Source: Dictyostelium discoideum (Eukaryota). Taken from it: a stretch of DNA of 64,000 bases. Within the stretch, counting starts at the first letter, position 1. Each line of letters starts with the position of its first letter. The stretch spans positions 3,968,001-4,032,000 of the forward strand of contig CM000151.3 in NCBI GenBank assembly GCA_000004695.1, given 5' to 3'. Shown here in pieces: positions 30,289-56,907 of this stretch. The notes under the pieces are model-generated. The model worked only from the letters and a program-made list of their open reading frames with translations. It was not told the origin of the DNA and searched no databases. Both the position numbers and the translations under genes were made by a program.

Positions 30289-30708
30289 AATTATTAATAA
30301 ATATTGATATTACTACAAATATAAAATACTATATCATATTATATTTTGAAAATCCATTGATTCTATTTAAAAAAATTCAATGAAAAAAAAAAAAAAAACT
30401 TTACACCAAACATGATAAATCGGCTAAACTATCTATAAATTTAAATAATTGAGAAATGTCATAGGTAATATTTTTCTGATTTGGACGTTCTTGTTTAAGT
30501 CTTTGTTCATACATATTACAAATACCTAAATTTTATAAAATTAAAATGAGTGAATGATTGAATCCCATTTTAAAAAAAAAAGGAAGAGAGAGTTAAAATT
30601 TATATTAAAAAAAAAAAAAAAAAAAATGAAATGTAAATAAATAAACTCACCTTCAATAGCTTGGTTTACAGATTCGTAATCCATAAAGGTACGACTTGAT
30701 TTTCCCAT
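30159..30708 (-). CDS. erh: Enhancer of rudimentary homolog (ERH). Three exons at about 30651..30708, 30405..30525 and 30159..30249.
   Basis: The spliced product is '[89 protein letters not shown]' (89 aa). It aligns with human ERH ('[82 protein letters not shown]'). The donors are GTGAGT and GTAAAG. Confidence 0.85.
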
Positions 30709-30789
30709 GGTGGTTTGTAATAAAACGATTGTGTGAGACTAAAATTTTTAATTTGAAAATATTGAAAAGGTAAAAAAAAATATATAAAA

Positions 30790-30821
<32 letters not shown>

Positions 30822-31004
30822 TAATAAGTTAATAAAAATAAATAAAAAAATTAACTAATAATAAGTTGTTTTTAACTAAATTAGGAAATAAAACCATACC
30901 ATTTTATTTTTTTATTTTTGTTTTTTTTTTATATATTAATTCTTTTGGTAATTTAAAAATGATCAAATGAAAAAAAAAATTTTTAGAAAAATGAAAAAAT
31001 TAAA

Positions 31005-31037
<33 letters not shown>

Positions 31038-31204
31038 TAAAAATAAAAAAATGAATTTGGAACTCCAAGCATAATTTTATTTATATATTTTTTTTTTTTT
31101 AAATTTTACCCTTTCTTTGTTTTTAAATACCTTTTTTAAAAAAATGATTTTTTGTATTTTTTCAAATAAAAAATAAAAAAATTAAAAAAAAATTTATAAT
31201 TTTT

Positions 31205-31237
<33 letters not shown>

Positions 31238-31703
31238 AAATAAAATAAAGTAATAAATATAGAATTATTAATAAAAAATAAAAAAAAATTAATAATTATT
31301 AATAAAAACTTACATAAAAAAAATATTAAAAATAATAATTATAAAATTTTAAAACAATTTATAAATAAAAAGTAATTTTAATAACCAACCAAAAACATTA
31401 TTCTTTTTCTTTTTCTTTTTCTTTTTTTTTTTTTTTTAGATCCTGTTCGTTTATTTTTTTTTTTTTTTTTTTTTTTTTTCTCTTTGTTTTTAAATTTGAA
31501 TTTTTCAAAAAAAAAAAAAATAAAAAAAAAATAAAATAAAAAACCTTTTTTTTTTTTTTTTACTCTCATTACATTTATTTAATATCTTTAACATTTTTTT
31601 TTTATATATATATATATAAAACTATCTTTTAAAAAAAAATTTCTTTTTTTTTTTTTTTTTATTATAATATAGATATAAAGATCTTTTCTCAAATATTCAA
31701 AAA

Positions 31704-33665
<1,962 letters not shown>

Positions 33666-33853
33666 ATGATTGATTTCGACCAACTAAAATAAAAAAATAA
33701 AAAATAAAAACAAAAATAAAAAAAAATAAATAAAAATGGTTATTATCCACAATACTTTTTATGTAAATAATCTTTCCTAGTGTTATAAATAATATAAAAT
33801 AAAGTTTTTGTTTTTTTTTTTTTTTTTTTTTTTTTTTAATGTGCAAATCTGAT

Positions 33854-35873
<2,020 letters not shown>

Positions 35874-36148
35874 TTTTAACAAAATAAAATGAATTTTTTT
35901 TTTTTTTTTTTTGTCATATGTAAAATTTTTATTTTTTTATTTTTTTTTAAAAGAGAAGCGAATTTATGGGATAATAATAAAATAACTTGGAAACTTTTTA
36001 TTGGTGATAAAATAATAATAATAAATATATAATTAAGATACTTTTTTTATTTATTTCTTAATTATATATTTATTATTATTATTTTATTATTTCCTTATTT
36101 TTTTTTTATTTTATATATTTTTATATTCTTTTTACATTTCTTTATTTA

Positions 36149-36189
<41 letters not shown>

Positions 36190-36220
36190 TTAATTATATA
36201 ATATAATATTATAAATTTGA

Positions 36221-38226
36221 TTATTTTTGAACTAAAATTGAAGTACCACCTTTAAATTTAGAATTTTTAAATTGTGGTATTTTATTAACTTCCCAATTGA
36301 TTTTATTTGAAAGGTTTTCATCCAAAATATTTGAAATATCTAATGTGTAGATATCATCTATTGATTCTTTTGTGACATTATTATATCCACCTAAAATGTG
36401 AACTATCCTTTTCGAAGAATCAAAAATTATAGAATTACCATTTATCATCATTGGTTTTGGTAATAAAAGATTTTGTAGACCACCACCACTATCACCATCA
36501 TCATCATCATCATCATCATGATTATTGGTTAAAACTGACCAACTATTATCTAAAAGATCATATCTTTGAATTATTGATAAACATTTATTCTCTTTTGAAT
36601 TGTAACCACCTAAAACGTAAATATAATGTTCTTGATCATCATAGAAAACACCAGCACCATAACAACTGACTGGTAATGGAGATAAGGTAGTAAAACTATC
36701 ATTATCAATATCATAACGTTCAAGTGTATCAACTGATTGTCTAGTTATATTACAACCACCAATTAAATAGATTGAATTATTATCTTCTTTATAAATTGCA
36801 CCCATACTCCAAAGATTTCTTGAAGATGTTGTAGATTTGGATTGCTGTTTTGAAAATTGTTCAGTGATAATATTAAATTTTAAAATTGATGTCGATCTTT
36901 GGGAATCCACCAATTAAATAAATATTTTGTTTACCATCAAATACTGAAACAATGTAAAAATCTACCATTATCTGGAATTTCAATATTACCATTGGCACCA
37001 TTAGCACCATTATTATTATTATTATTATTATTGTTTGTTTCAATAATCTCCCATTGGTCTTCTAATAAATTATATTTTAATATACGAGTTGGTTGTAATG
37101 AGCCACCAAATAGATAAATATGATTCTTTCCATCGAAATTACCAGTGAAATCATTATCCATTATTGATGGTATCGATTGTAATGATCTCCATAAACCTTG
37201 TTTAAAATCAAATTTTTCAATTGAATATTGGTCGAATCCATCCTTACATTTTCCACCAATTGAATAAATACATTTTGTATCTTCTAAATTTGAATTCAAT
37301 CTTTTATATTCCAAAGTTTCAATAATTTTAAATTTTAATTTTCCAAATATTTTTAATTTTTTATTTGATTTCATTTTTAAACTATCACCATTATTATTAT
37401 TCTCACAATTATCAAAATCATCTTTATTATCATTATTATTATTATTATTATTATCATAGTCATCTGTATCATCATTATTATTTGAAAATTCTTGAAATTT
37501 TTTATTTAAATCATCAAAACTTTTAAAACTACTATTTAATATTAAATCTGAAGCCATTGATGAAATTGGTTTTGGTTGTTTAATTATTTTTCTATTGGTT
37601 GTATTATTCTCTTGAAATTCATCTTTCCAATCCCATTCAATATATGATATTGATTCTTTTAAAACTTGTAAATAATCAGTTTGAAATGAAGTTGACTTTT
37701 TTAATGGTGATGTCATTGGATTGTTATTATTATTATTAGTGACCATTAATGATGATGTTGAATAATTTAAAGGTGATGAAGCGAAACCTGATGATGCTGA
37801 TAAATAATTTGATAAATTACCACTATAACTTGTACTATGTGATAATCCACCACCACCACCACCGCTAAATACTACTCCTCCACTACCACCGCCACCACTT
37901 GAATTAATATTAATATCAAATTTTGAAGGTGAATTCATTTTCTTATTTAATTGTTCAATTAACATCATTGATTTATCTCTATTTGATTCAATTTGTTGTT
38001 TATGTGCTTCTAATTCTTCACCTAATTGTTGAAGTAATTCAATCTTTCTATCTGTAAGATAATTTATAATTGTATCGAAATCTTGACAAATCTTTTTCTT
38101 TGTTTCTATAAATGATTCATCACATCTTTCCAAGGTTTGTTCGCTAATATCCTTGTAGATTGATAATTTTTCAATGGTATTTCTCCAATGATCATTTAAA
38201 TTTTTAAATTCTTCATTTTCTATCAT
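36221..38226 (-). CDS. Kelch-repeat protein with an N-terminal coiled-coil region. It lies in two overlapping reading frames (ORFs 36937..38226 and 36221..36913) separated by an apparent 1-nt frameshift at a T5 run near 36950.
   Basis: Kelch blades recur on both sides of the break ('CIYSIGGKCKDGFDQYSIEKFDFKQGLWRSL', 'NHIYLFGGS', 'NIYLIGGFPKID', 'IYLIGGCNITRQSVDTLERYDIDNDSFTTL', 'YIYVLGGYNSKENKCLSIIQRYDLLDNSWSV', 'VHILGGYNN'). Removing one T from 'AGATTTTTACATTG' gives the continuous '...EIPDNGRFYIVSVFDGKQNIYLIGG...'. Confidence 0.7.
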
Positions 38227-39290
38227 TCTAAAAATAAATAAATAAATAAATAAAATTTATATATATATATATATATTTCTATTTCTAAAATTTTCGGTTT
38301 AAATATATAATATATATAATTATTAATTGTGTGTTTATTATTTTATTTTTATTATTATTAAAAAAATGTTTTTACAATATTTTATTTTATTTTATTTTAT
38401 TTGAATATTACAATTATTTATTAATCTATAGATTTTTTTTTTTTGTATTTTATAAATATAAAAAATAAGTTAGAGATTAAGCATGGAGGAAAAAAAAAAA
38501 AAAAAAAAAAAGTTGTAAAAAAGCAGTAATCGTGTTTGTCCCAACAATTTTAAAAAAAACAAAAAAACAATAAAAAAAAATCTTTTTTTTTTTTTTTTTG
38601 TTGTTGGGTTTTTTTATATTTTTTTATTTATTTATTTATTTTTTTTTTTTTGAGGATTTTTTAGTATTATTATTATTATTATTTTTTTAATAAATATTTT
38701 TTTAGTTTTCTTTTTTTTTATACTCACTTTTGTTTATTATTTTCTTTTAATTATCATGAATTATTGTTTAATTTTTATTTTATTTTTTATTTTTCTTTTA
38801 TTAAAATTTTTTTTTTTTTTTTATATAATTTTGTGGTTTTTATATTTTTCAAACTGTATTACATATTTTCACCACACAATGCTTATGTTGTATTAAAGTG
38901 TGTGGGGTGTATTTATGTATGATATACGTATGTGAGTGGTAATGAAATTTTTTTGTGGTTATATATAAATATTTCCCATTTAAACCCCATTTTTTAATTT
39001 TTATATATTTTTCTTAATTTAAAAAAAAAAATAATAAAAAAAAAAAAAAAAAAAAAAAAAAATCACCAATGGTGATATGATTATTCTAAAAAAAGCCACA
39101 AATATTTACATAAACACAAAAAATTATTTATTTTTTTTATTTTAAGAAAATCCATTTTTTTTTTTTTTTTTTTTTTTATAAATTAATACACGATTAGAAA
39201 TATTTAAATAGATTTCGATTACTATTAATTTTAATAATTATTAATTTAAATTTTTTAATTTTATTTTAAATATATATATTTAAAAATATT

Positions 39291-39719
39291 TTATTTTGAA
39301 ATTAAATTTAAAGATGATAAAGTTTTATGATAATTCTTTTCCAATTCTTTATAGAGTTCAAGTATTTCTTCTAATCTATCTTTTTCAATCTCTTCTTTAT
39401 TTTTTTCAGGTCCTGGAGGTGTTGTCAATTCTTTAGGCTTGATATCGACTTTAATATTTGTACCATTTTTTTTATTTTCAATATCTTGTAACTCTTGTAA
39501 TTCCTCTTGTTCAAGACGTAAATTCTCTTGATTCTCTTCAGCCACTTGTTGTTTAATCTTTTCAATTTGTTCTGAATCACCAATATTTTGTTTATAAAGT
39601 CTTTTTTTAATTGAAATTCTATATTCTTTATATTTTGTATCTGAATTTGGTGTTCCTAAAAATTTACTAAATAAATAAATTTCTAAACAAAGTTTTGATT
39701 GTTTCTACAAAAAATAAAA

Positions 39720-39754
<35 letters not shown>

Positions 39755-40027
39755 ATTAATAAATGATATTTGAAAAAATTATTTATAAAATAAACATACA
39801 TATGGAATTAATAATTTCTTTCTAATTTCTTCAAATACAGATTTATTATTTGCATTTAAATCTAATATTACATTATCAAATAATTTTTCATCCATTATAT
39901 TCTTTAAATCAACATAATTTCTTAATAAATTAAATTCATCAGCTGGATCTTCAATTGTAATATCATAAATTGGTCCATAAAATCCATCATTTGTTTTATA
40001 ATATTGATAAATTGAATTAAATAAATA

Positions 40028-40068
<41 letters not shown>

Positions 40069-41014
40069 TATGTGTATATTTTTTTAAAATTCGACGATGA
40101 TAGTAATTATTATTATTATTAATTACTTACTTCCATGACCCATTCTTTGATAAGGTGGTAAAATTAAATATTGACTAATTCTAGCTCTAGTTTGTTCAGG
40201 ATGATGATAAAAATTATAAATTGTTGAATAACCTGTGATACCATATCTTTTTTCACCATCTATAATTCTCTTTTCAAAAATGAAAAATATATCCCAATTT
40301 GGATCATCAGTCCAAATATAGGAGGAACCATCTATATACCATAATACAAATATTTGAAGTTTCTCATGATATCTAAAAACGACTTGATCTGTTATCCTAC
40401 CAAAATAAATTTCATACTCTGTTTCTTTACCACTTTCTTTATCTATAATTGAATATTCATGTATTTTTTTACCAATTGGTTTAAATAATTTTTCTTTTTC
40501 TTCTATATACTTTTTTTTAAAATTTTATTAGTATGTATATATTAAAAATAATTGTTGTATATTTATAGATAATTACTTTATAAAATGATTGTTTTGAAAT
40601 TGGTGGATCTTGTTTTGAAAAAACTTTTAAAAATTCACCTTCAACATTTGTTAAATTTTTAGATTGTAATGTATAATTTGTATCAATATATGATGTTAAA
40701 GAACCTGCTCCCATATAGATATCAATTTTACAAGGTTCATATCCTTGAATTTTATCTTCATTAAATATTTGATGAGAATATGTTGGATGAAATGATATTG
40801 GTCCACCATCATCTTCTTTCTCTTCCTCTTCTTTTTTTTCTTTTTGTTCTTCTTCTTCACCTTCATCTTTTATATGTGCTTTATTTTCTTTGTCTTTATT
40901 TTCTTTATTATCTTTATTCTTTAATTCTTCAATATCCCAAACTAATTTAATATTGGTTACTTCATTTGCATCAAATGTTAAAAGTGTATTACTTGATTTT
41001 ATTCTATTTGTCAT
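39291..41014 (-). CDS. hat1: Histone acetyltransferase type B catalytic subunit (HAT1). Four exons at about 40577..41014, 40131..40509, 39800..40029 and 39291..39704.
   Basis: Exon 1 carries HAT1_N motifs ('GGPISFHPTYSHQIFNEDKIQGYEPCKIDIYMGAGSLTSYIDTNY'). Exon 2 is 'IQIFVLWYIDGSSYIWTDDPNWDIFFIFEKR...ARISQYLILPPYQRMGHG' (acetyl-CoA-binding motif, compare 'RISQMLILPPFQGKGHGAQLL'). Exon 3 is 'KYLFNSIYQYYKTNDGFYGPIYDITIEDPADEFNLLRNYVDL' (compare human '...VLDITAEDPSKSYVKLRDFV'). The donors are GTAATT, GTAAGT and GTATGT, and the phases close to a 486-aa product. Confidence 0.8.
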
Positions 41015-41423
41015 TTTATTTGTTTAGGTTTAAAAATTTTAATACAATATATATATAAAAAAAAAAAAAAAAAAAACTAATTAAAAAAATAAAAATAAAA
41101 AAATAAATTAAAAAAAAAAAAATTAAAAAAGAGGCGCTAAAAAAAAAAAAAAAAAAAAATTTATATGTATGTTGGGGCAACATACTAATTAAAAATATTA
41201 TTTTCAATTTTTTTTTAAAAAAAAATAAAAATAAAAATAAATAATAAATAATTTATTATTTTCCAGGAAAATTGAAAAAAATAAAATAATATATTTTGAT
41301 AATAATAATAATAAATAAAAATATAAACATTATGTAATTGTTTTTTAAAATTAAATTTGTTTAGATTTTTTCAAAATCTGTGAAATTTATTTTATTTTTA
41401 TTTTATTTTATTTTTTTTTTTTA

Positions 41424-41771
41424 TTACATAAATAAATCATCTTTGGTTTTTTCAACAAGAAATGGTGAAAAATTATACTTTCTTGTTATATATGCCGACA
41501 AATGATTATGTCTCTTTAAATTATATACCACAGGGGTGGATGGGTCTATTACAACATGCTTTATTTTATATGTGTTTCCATTCATTGCTGATAATGTATT
41601 ATGTATCAATTCTTCACCCCCACATATTCTTTTTAGTGAATTTGATGAACATTTATATTTCATTCTTAATTTAATCAATTTTCTCTTAACATGTTCATAT
41701 CCTTCCCAATTTTCAATATACTTTTGTTGATTTATATTTGTTTTTGTCTTTTTAACGCTTGTATGTGGCAT
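41424..41771 (-). CDS. Small hypothetical protein (115 aa ORF). No family recognised. It may be part of a spliced gene.
   Basis: A clean ORF with typical codon usage in a GC-elevated island ('MPHTSVKKTKTNINQQKYIENWEGYEHVKRKLIKLRMKYKCSSNSLKRICGGEELIHNTLSAMNGNTYKIKHVVIDPSTPVVYNLKRHNHLSAY...'). There is no homology I can name. Confidence 0.3.
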   Translation of the reverse strand: MPHTSVKKTKTNINQQKYIENWEGYEHVKRKLIKLRMKYKCSSNSLKRICGGEELIHNTLSAMNGNTYKIKHVVIDPSTPVVYNLKRHNHLSAYITRKYNFSPFLVEKTKDDLFM

Positions 41772-41999
41772 TGTGTTTTTAAATATTTATTTTAATAATT
41801 AAAAAAAAAAAAATTTATATTTTAAAAAAAGAGGGGAAAAAAAAAAAAAAAAATATGTAATATATTATATTTTTATATTTATTTTTTTCAATTATTTGAT
41901 TTAGTTATTTCAATAGTTTTTTTATTTTTATTTTTTTAATATAATGTAACAACATGTTTTTTATTATTTTATTTTATTTTAAAATAAATAAATAAGATT

Positions 42000-42052
<53 letters not shown>

Positions 42053-42058
42053 AATTCA

Positions 42059-43285
42059 TTAAAATAATTTTTTAATAAATTTTTTAGCATCTTTACCAAC
42101 TTGTTGAGCAGTACTTGGATTCTTTTTAACATAACCATTAATGATAGAATAACCTTGTGGTGGGTATTTATTATGATAGATACCTAATGGTTTATTTTTC
42201 TTTGCTTTATGATCATTTTTCTTTTGTTTATTTTTTAATTTTTCATTACCTTTCTTTGAGATTGATGGAATGGAAGCTCTCCATCTTTCATAGTCATATT
42301 TATAAGTTGGTGGTACTAATTCTCTACCGAAATTGATTGCAGTAATTGCAATGTTAATCTCACCATGTGGGACAAAACTTAATTGTTCAGTAGTGACAAC
42401 TTCAATACCACGTGGGAAAGTGGAGGGGTCCAAAGCGACGAACCCAATCAAATCGTCGGAACCCACTTTATCATGGTCGTAAACTTCAATGATGACTAAA
42501 TCATTGACGCAATTGCCTAGATCGATATTAAAAGTTTCATTCCAAATTGGGTTCAATGATTTACTAATATGTCTAGTTTTATAATCTTTGCCATTGGTAG
42601 CTGGTGTTTTAATCTTTACATAAGGATCTGAAGTTCCACCAACATCTGCTGCAATTAAATTACGAGCTGATAAAATTTTAATTTGGAATGTTGAGATTGG
42701 TGATGATGTAAATCTTGCACCTGGTGGTAAAGGAATACTTTTATTTGGACTAATTAGTGGTGCATGTTGTTGTTGTGGTAATGGTGGTGGTACTCCAAAT
42801 GCACTTGGTGGTGGTGGTCCAAATGCACTTGGTTGTGGTGGATATCCAACACCTTGTTGTGGTGGGTAAGCACCGTATTGACCTGGTTGTTGGTGGTGTG
42901 GTGGTGGTGCGCCATAATGGCCTGGTTGTTGTTGTTGTGGTGGGTAAGCACCATATTGACCTGGTTGTTGTGGTGGATAGGCACCATATTGACCTGGTTG
43001 TTGTGGGTATCTATTTAAAAAAAAAAAAAAAAATTAAAAATATGAGATTAATAAATTATTAAGGGTGGTAGGATGTAAAAATTTCATCATTAAGGTGTAG
43101 AAGAGTGATTTTAGGCGGCGCTGGTGGGTTTGTGGCCTCTATTTTTTTATTTTCTATGCGACTCCCCCTATTATTTCCATTAATTTTTTTCTTTTGTATT
43201 TTTTTTTTTTTTTTTTTTTTTCCAAAAATGTCTGGGAAAAAAAAAAAATTAAAAAGAAAATAAAAAATATTTACCCGTTACTCAT
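42059..43285 (-). CDS. C2-domain protein with a Pro/Gln/Tyr-rich N-terminal region. It has a micro-exon 1 (about 43275..43285, 'ATGAGTAACGG') plus the main exon about 42059..43010.
   Basis: The main exon is open from the 'AAATAG' acceptor at 43011. It begins with 'YPQQPGQYGAYPPQQPGQYGAYPPQQQQPGHYGAPPPHH...' repeats. The C2 domain follows ('FQIKILSARNLIAADVGGTSDPYVKIKTPATNGKDYKTRHISKSLNPIWNETFNIDLGNCVNDLVIIEVYDHDKVGSDDLIGFVAL'). Exon 1 was inferred from 'ATGAGTAACGG|GTAAAT', which gives an in-phase 'MSNG|YPQQ...' join across a 264-nt intron. Confidence 0.65.
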
Positions 43286-44480
43286 ATTATTTATTTATTT
43301 AATAATAAAAAAAAAAAAGTTGATTTCTATAAAATTTTTTGTTTGAAAATTAATATAAGAAAACAAAAAAAAAAAACTATTTATATTAATTTTTTGTTAG
43401 TGTGAAAAATAAAAAAAAAAAAAAGAAAAAATAAATAATTAAATAAAATAAAATAAAATAAAAAAAATTAAATCCCACATAAAAAAATGGTTTGATTGAT
43501 TTATTATAATGTTAGTGTAAATGCTCCTCAATTGACATTATTTGTCTGAAAGTATTAAATTATTATTTAAAAAATCATTTTTTTTTTTTTTGACATTTTA
43601 TTCGAAAATGTAAAAAAGTGATTAAAAAAAATAAAAAATAAAAAATGAAAATAAAAAAAAAAAAAAAAAATAAAAAATTAAAAACAAAAAAAAAAAAAAA
43701 AAAAACAAAAAAAAACTCTGGTAGGAAAGTCTAATTAAACATCAACACACAACAACAACACTCCGTTATGAACTAAGAATTAATTAAGATAATAGAAAAT
43801 ATCAAAAAAAAAAAAAAAAAAAAATTAAATAAAGTTCTTTTTTTTTTTTTTTTTTTTTTTCACTTAAAAACTATTTTTAATTAACCTTACCACAAGGTTA
43901 AATATTTTATTTTTGTTTTTTTTTTTTAAAACATTTAGAATTTATTATTAATTTTTTTTTTTCCAAAATAATATATATATATTTTTTTTTTTTCTTTTAC
44001 ACAAAGAAATACAAATGATAAATTTTCTTTATATATAAGTATTCAACTAAATAATTTATCCATTGTTTTTAGTTTATATATTATCATATCTTTTTTTAAA
44101 AAATAAATATTAAAAAATGAATTCATCATTAAATTATATATATTTTTTTGAATTGAATTGAATTATATTTATTTTTTAAAATTTTGGAAATAAAAAATAA
44201 TAATAACCTATGAGAACTAATAGAAAAAAAATTTCTAAGAATCTGGTTTATTTTTGATTATTTTTTTTTTTTTTTTTTTTTTTTGGGTATTTTATCCAAG
44301 AGCAATGACACACTATAAAAAATTTTAAAAAAAAAATATTTGAAATTATCCATATCCACCCAATTTATAACACTAAAAAATACTTAAGTATTTTTATTTA
44401 TATTATGATTTACTATAAAAATGTTTTTTGTTTTTTTATTTTTTTATTATTTAATTATATTTTTATTTTTTATTTATTTT

Positions 44481-54919
<10,439 letters not shown>

Positions 54920-55176
54920 TTTATTTTATATTACATATATATTTTTATTTATTTAATTTATTTTTATCAACACTCTTTTGTAAAATAAAAATAAAAAAAT
55001 AAAAAAAGATACACTTTTTTTTTTTTTTCTGTTTTTATTTGAGATGTAATTGTGTGTGACTTTTTGTGTATTTCAATCGATGTTGTTGAGGAAAAAAAAA
55101 AAAAAACCAAAAAAAAAAAAAAAAATTTTGGCCCACAGATTCAAAAAATATTTTTTACGTTGTCTTTGAATTTTTG

Positions 55177-55209
<33 letters not shown>

Positions 55210-55837
55210 AAAAAAAGAAAAAAAAATATAAAAATAAAAAAAAATTAAAAAAAAAAAAAAAAGTTAAATCCAAATTTGTAGTTGGAGATTGATATATATC
55301 GTTGAGAACCAAAAAAAAAAAAAAAAAAAAAAAAAAATCAAATAAGAAAAGAAAGTTAAGAAAAGAAATAGTCCAATTTAGTAAAAAAAAAAATTTTATT
55401 TAATTTTTTTTAAGAAACATAATTTAGTAAAAAAATAAAAAAATAAAAAAAAAAAAAAAAAAAATAAAAAAACTACATATTTTAATAAATAAACTCGGGC
55501 CACATATTATTTTCTGTTTTGATTGAATCTAAAAATTTTTTTCAAAAAATTGTGGGACCCAAGAAATAAGGAAAAAATAAAAAAAATGAAAAAAATAAAA
55601 AAAAATAAAAAAAATAAAAAAATAAAATTTTTTTTTTTTTACAAAAATAAATATCTCACAAAAATTAATCTAAATTTAGCGCCATTGAAAGAGCTTTTTT
55701 CTTTTTCTTTTTCTTTTTTTTTTTTTTTTCTTTCTCTCAAAGACACACCACGATTATATTTGAAAAAAAAAAAAGGTGTGAAAAAAAAAAAAATAAACTA
55801 AAAGTTTAAACATAAAAAAAGAAATACTATAAGAAAG

Positions 55838-55873
<36 letters not shown>

Positions 55874-56350
55874 GGATTGATTTAAAAAATAATTAAAAAA
55901 AATAAATTAATTAAATTCTTAAATCATTTTGGAAAAAAGCATAAATAAAAAAAAAAATAAAAAATATTTTTTTTTTTTTCCAAAAATTAGATTTTTATTT
56001 TTATTTTATTTTTTTTATACTTTTTTTTTTTTTTTTTTTTACTTTTTTTATTTTTTATTTTTTATTTTTTATTTTTTTATTTTTTTATTTTTTAATTTTT
56101 TTTTAATTTTTTTTTTAAAATAGGAGTAAAAAGATTTATGATCATCAAACACACATAGAGGCATGGTTTATAAAGAGATAAATACACCAAAACCATCAAA
56201 CACAATCACAGAAACAATACCTCGAACACATTTAAATTGTTATAAAAATTTGTTATAAATAATCTAATCAATAAAAGATTTTTTTTTTTTTTTATTTTTT
56301 TTTGTTAAGACGATTATAAAAATAGAATCAATTAATCACACATAAATAAA

Positions 56351-56450
56351 TAATTCACCCCACTCCCCCCACCACCTTTCATTTTTTTTTTTTTTCAAAT
56401 AAAAAAATAATAAAACAAAAATAAAAAAACAACCCGGCCTCCCCCTCATT
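56351..56450. promoter_or_regulatory. Pair of C-rich / CA-rich elements ('ttcaccccactccccccaccaccttt' and 'caacccggcctccccctca') in the 2-kb divergent intergenic region between the giant sAC-like gene (-) and the RasGEF gene (+). They resemble Dictyostelium CA-rich elements / G-box (GBF-binding) promoter motifs.
   Basis: These are islands of >60% C within about 90% AT DNA. The motif class (CACCC/CCCCACC, complement GGGTGTG) is the recognised G-box binding factor target in post-aggregative promoters. The assignment is by motif resemblance only. Confidence 0.4.
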
Positions 56451-56907
56451 TTTTTATATGTATAAAAATAATAAAAATAATAAAATATTTTTAATAAAAA
56501 CACAATCACGTACATAAATAATAAAAATAATAAAAATAAATTAATAAATTAATTAATAAAATAACGGACTTTTGTTTTATCTATCTCTCTTTTTTTTTTT
56601 TTTTTTTTTTTTCATAATTTAAAATTATTTTCTAATTGTAAATTAAATTCAAATTCAAATATTATTTTCCCACTGTAAAAAAAAAAAAATAAATAAAAAT
56701 AAAAATAAAAATAAAAATAAAATAAAAATAAATCAATAATAAAAATAAAAACAATAATAAATTTAAAAATAAAAAAAATTAAGAATAACCAAAAAAAAAA
56801 AAAAAAAAAAAAAAAACATCCAATCAAAAAGTTTTATTTTTTATTTTTTATTTTTTTTTGTAAAATTGTAAAATTGTAAAAATAATAAAACAAATAATTA
56901 AATAAAA

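Noticed and set aside
36451-36669. Plus-strand His-rich ORF 'MVLVIKDFVDHHHYHHHHHHHHHDYW...'
   Set aside because: It is antisense to the poly-Asp run (GATGAT...) of the Kelch gene and an artefact of the repeat.
42754-43062. His/Val/Asn-rich ORFs 42754..42987 (-), 42757..43062 (+) and 42833..43018 (+)
   Set aside because: They are alternative frames of the Pro/Gln/Tyr-rich repeat (CCACCACAACAACCAGGTCAATATGGTGC) of the C2-domain gene. Only the P/Q/Y frame continues into the C2 domain.
43225-43262. Plus-strand 'ATGTCTGGGAAAAAAAAAAAA...' mini-ORF next to the GC-rich island
   Set aside because: It runs straight into poly-A and a stop after about 10 codons. It is more likely part of the intron or promoter than a gene.
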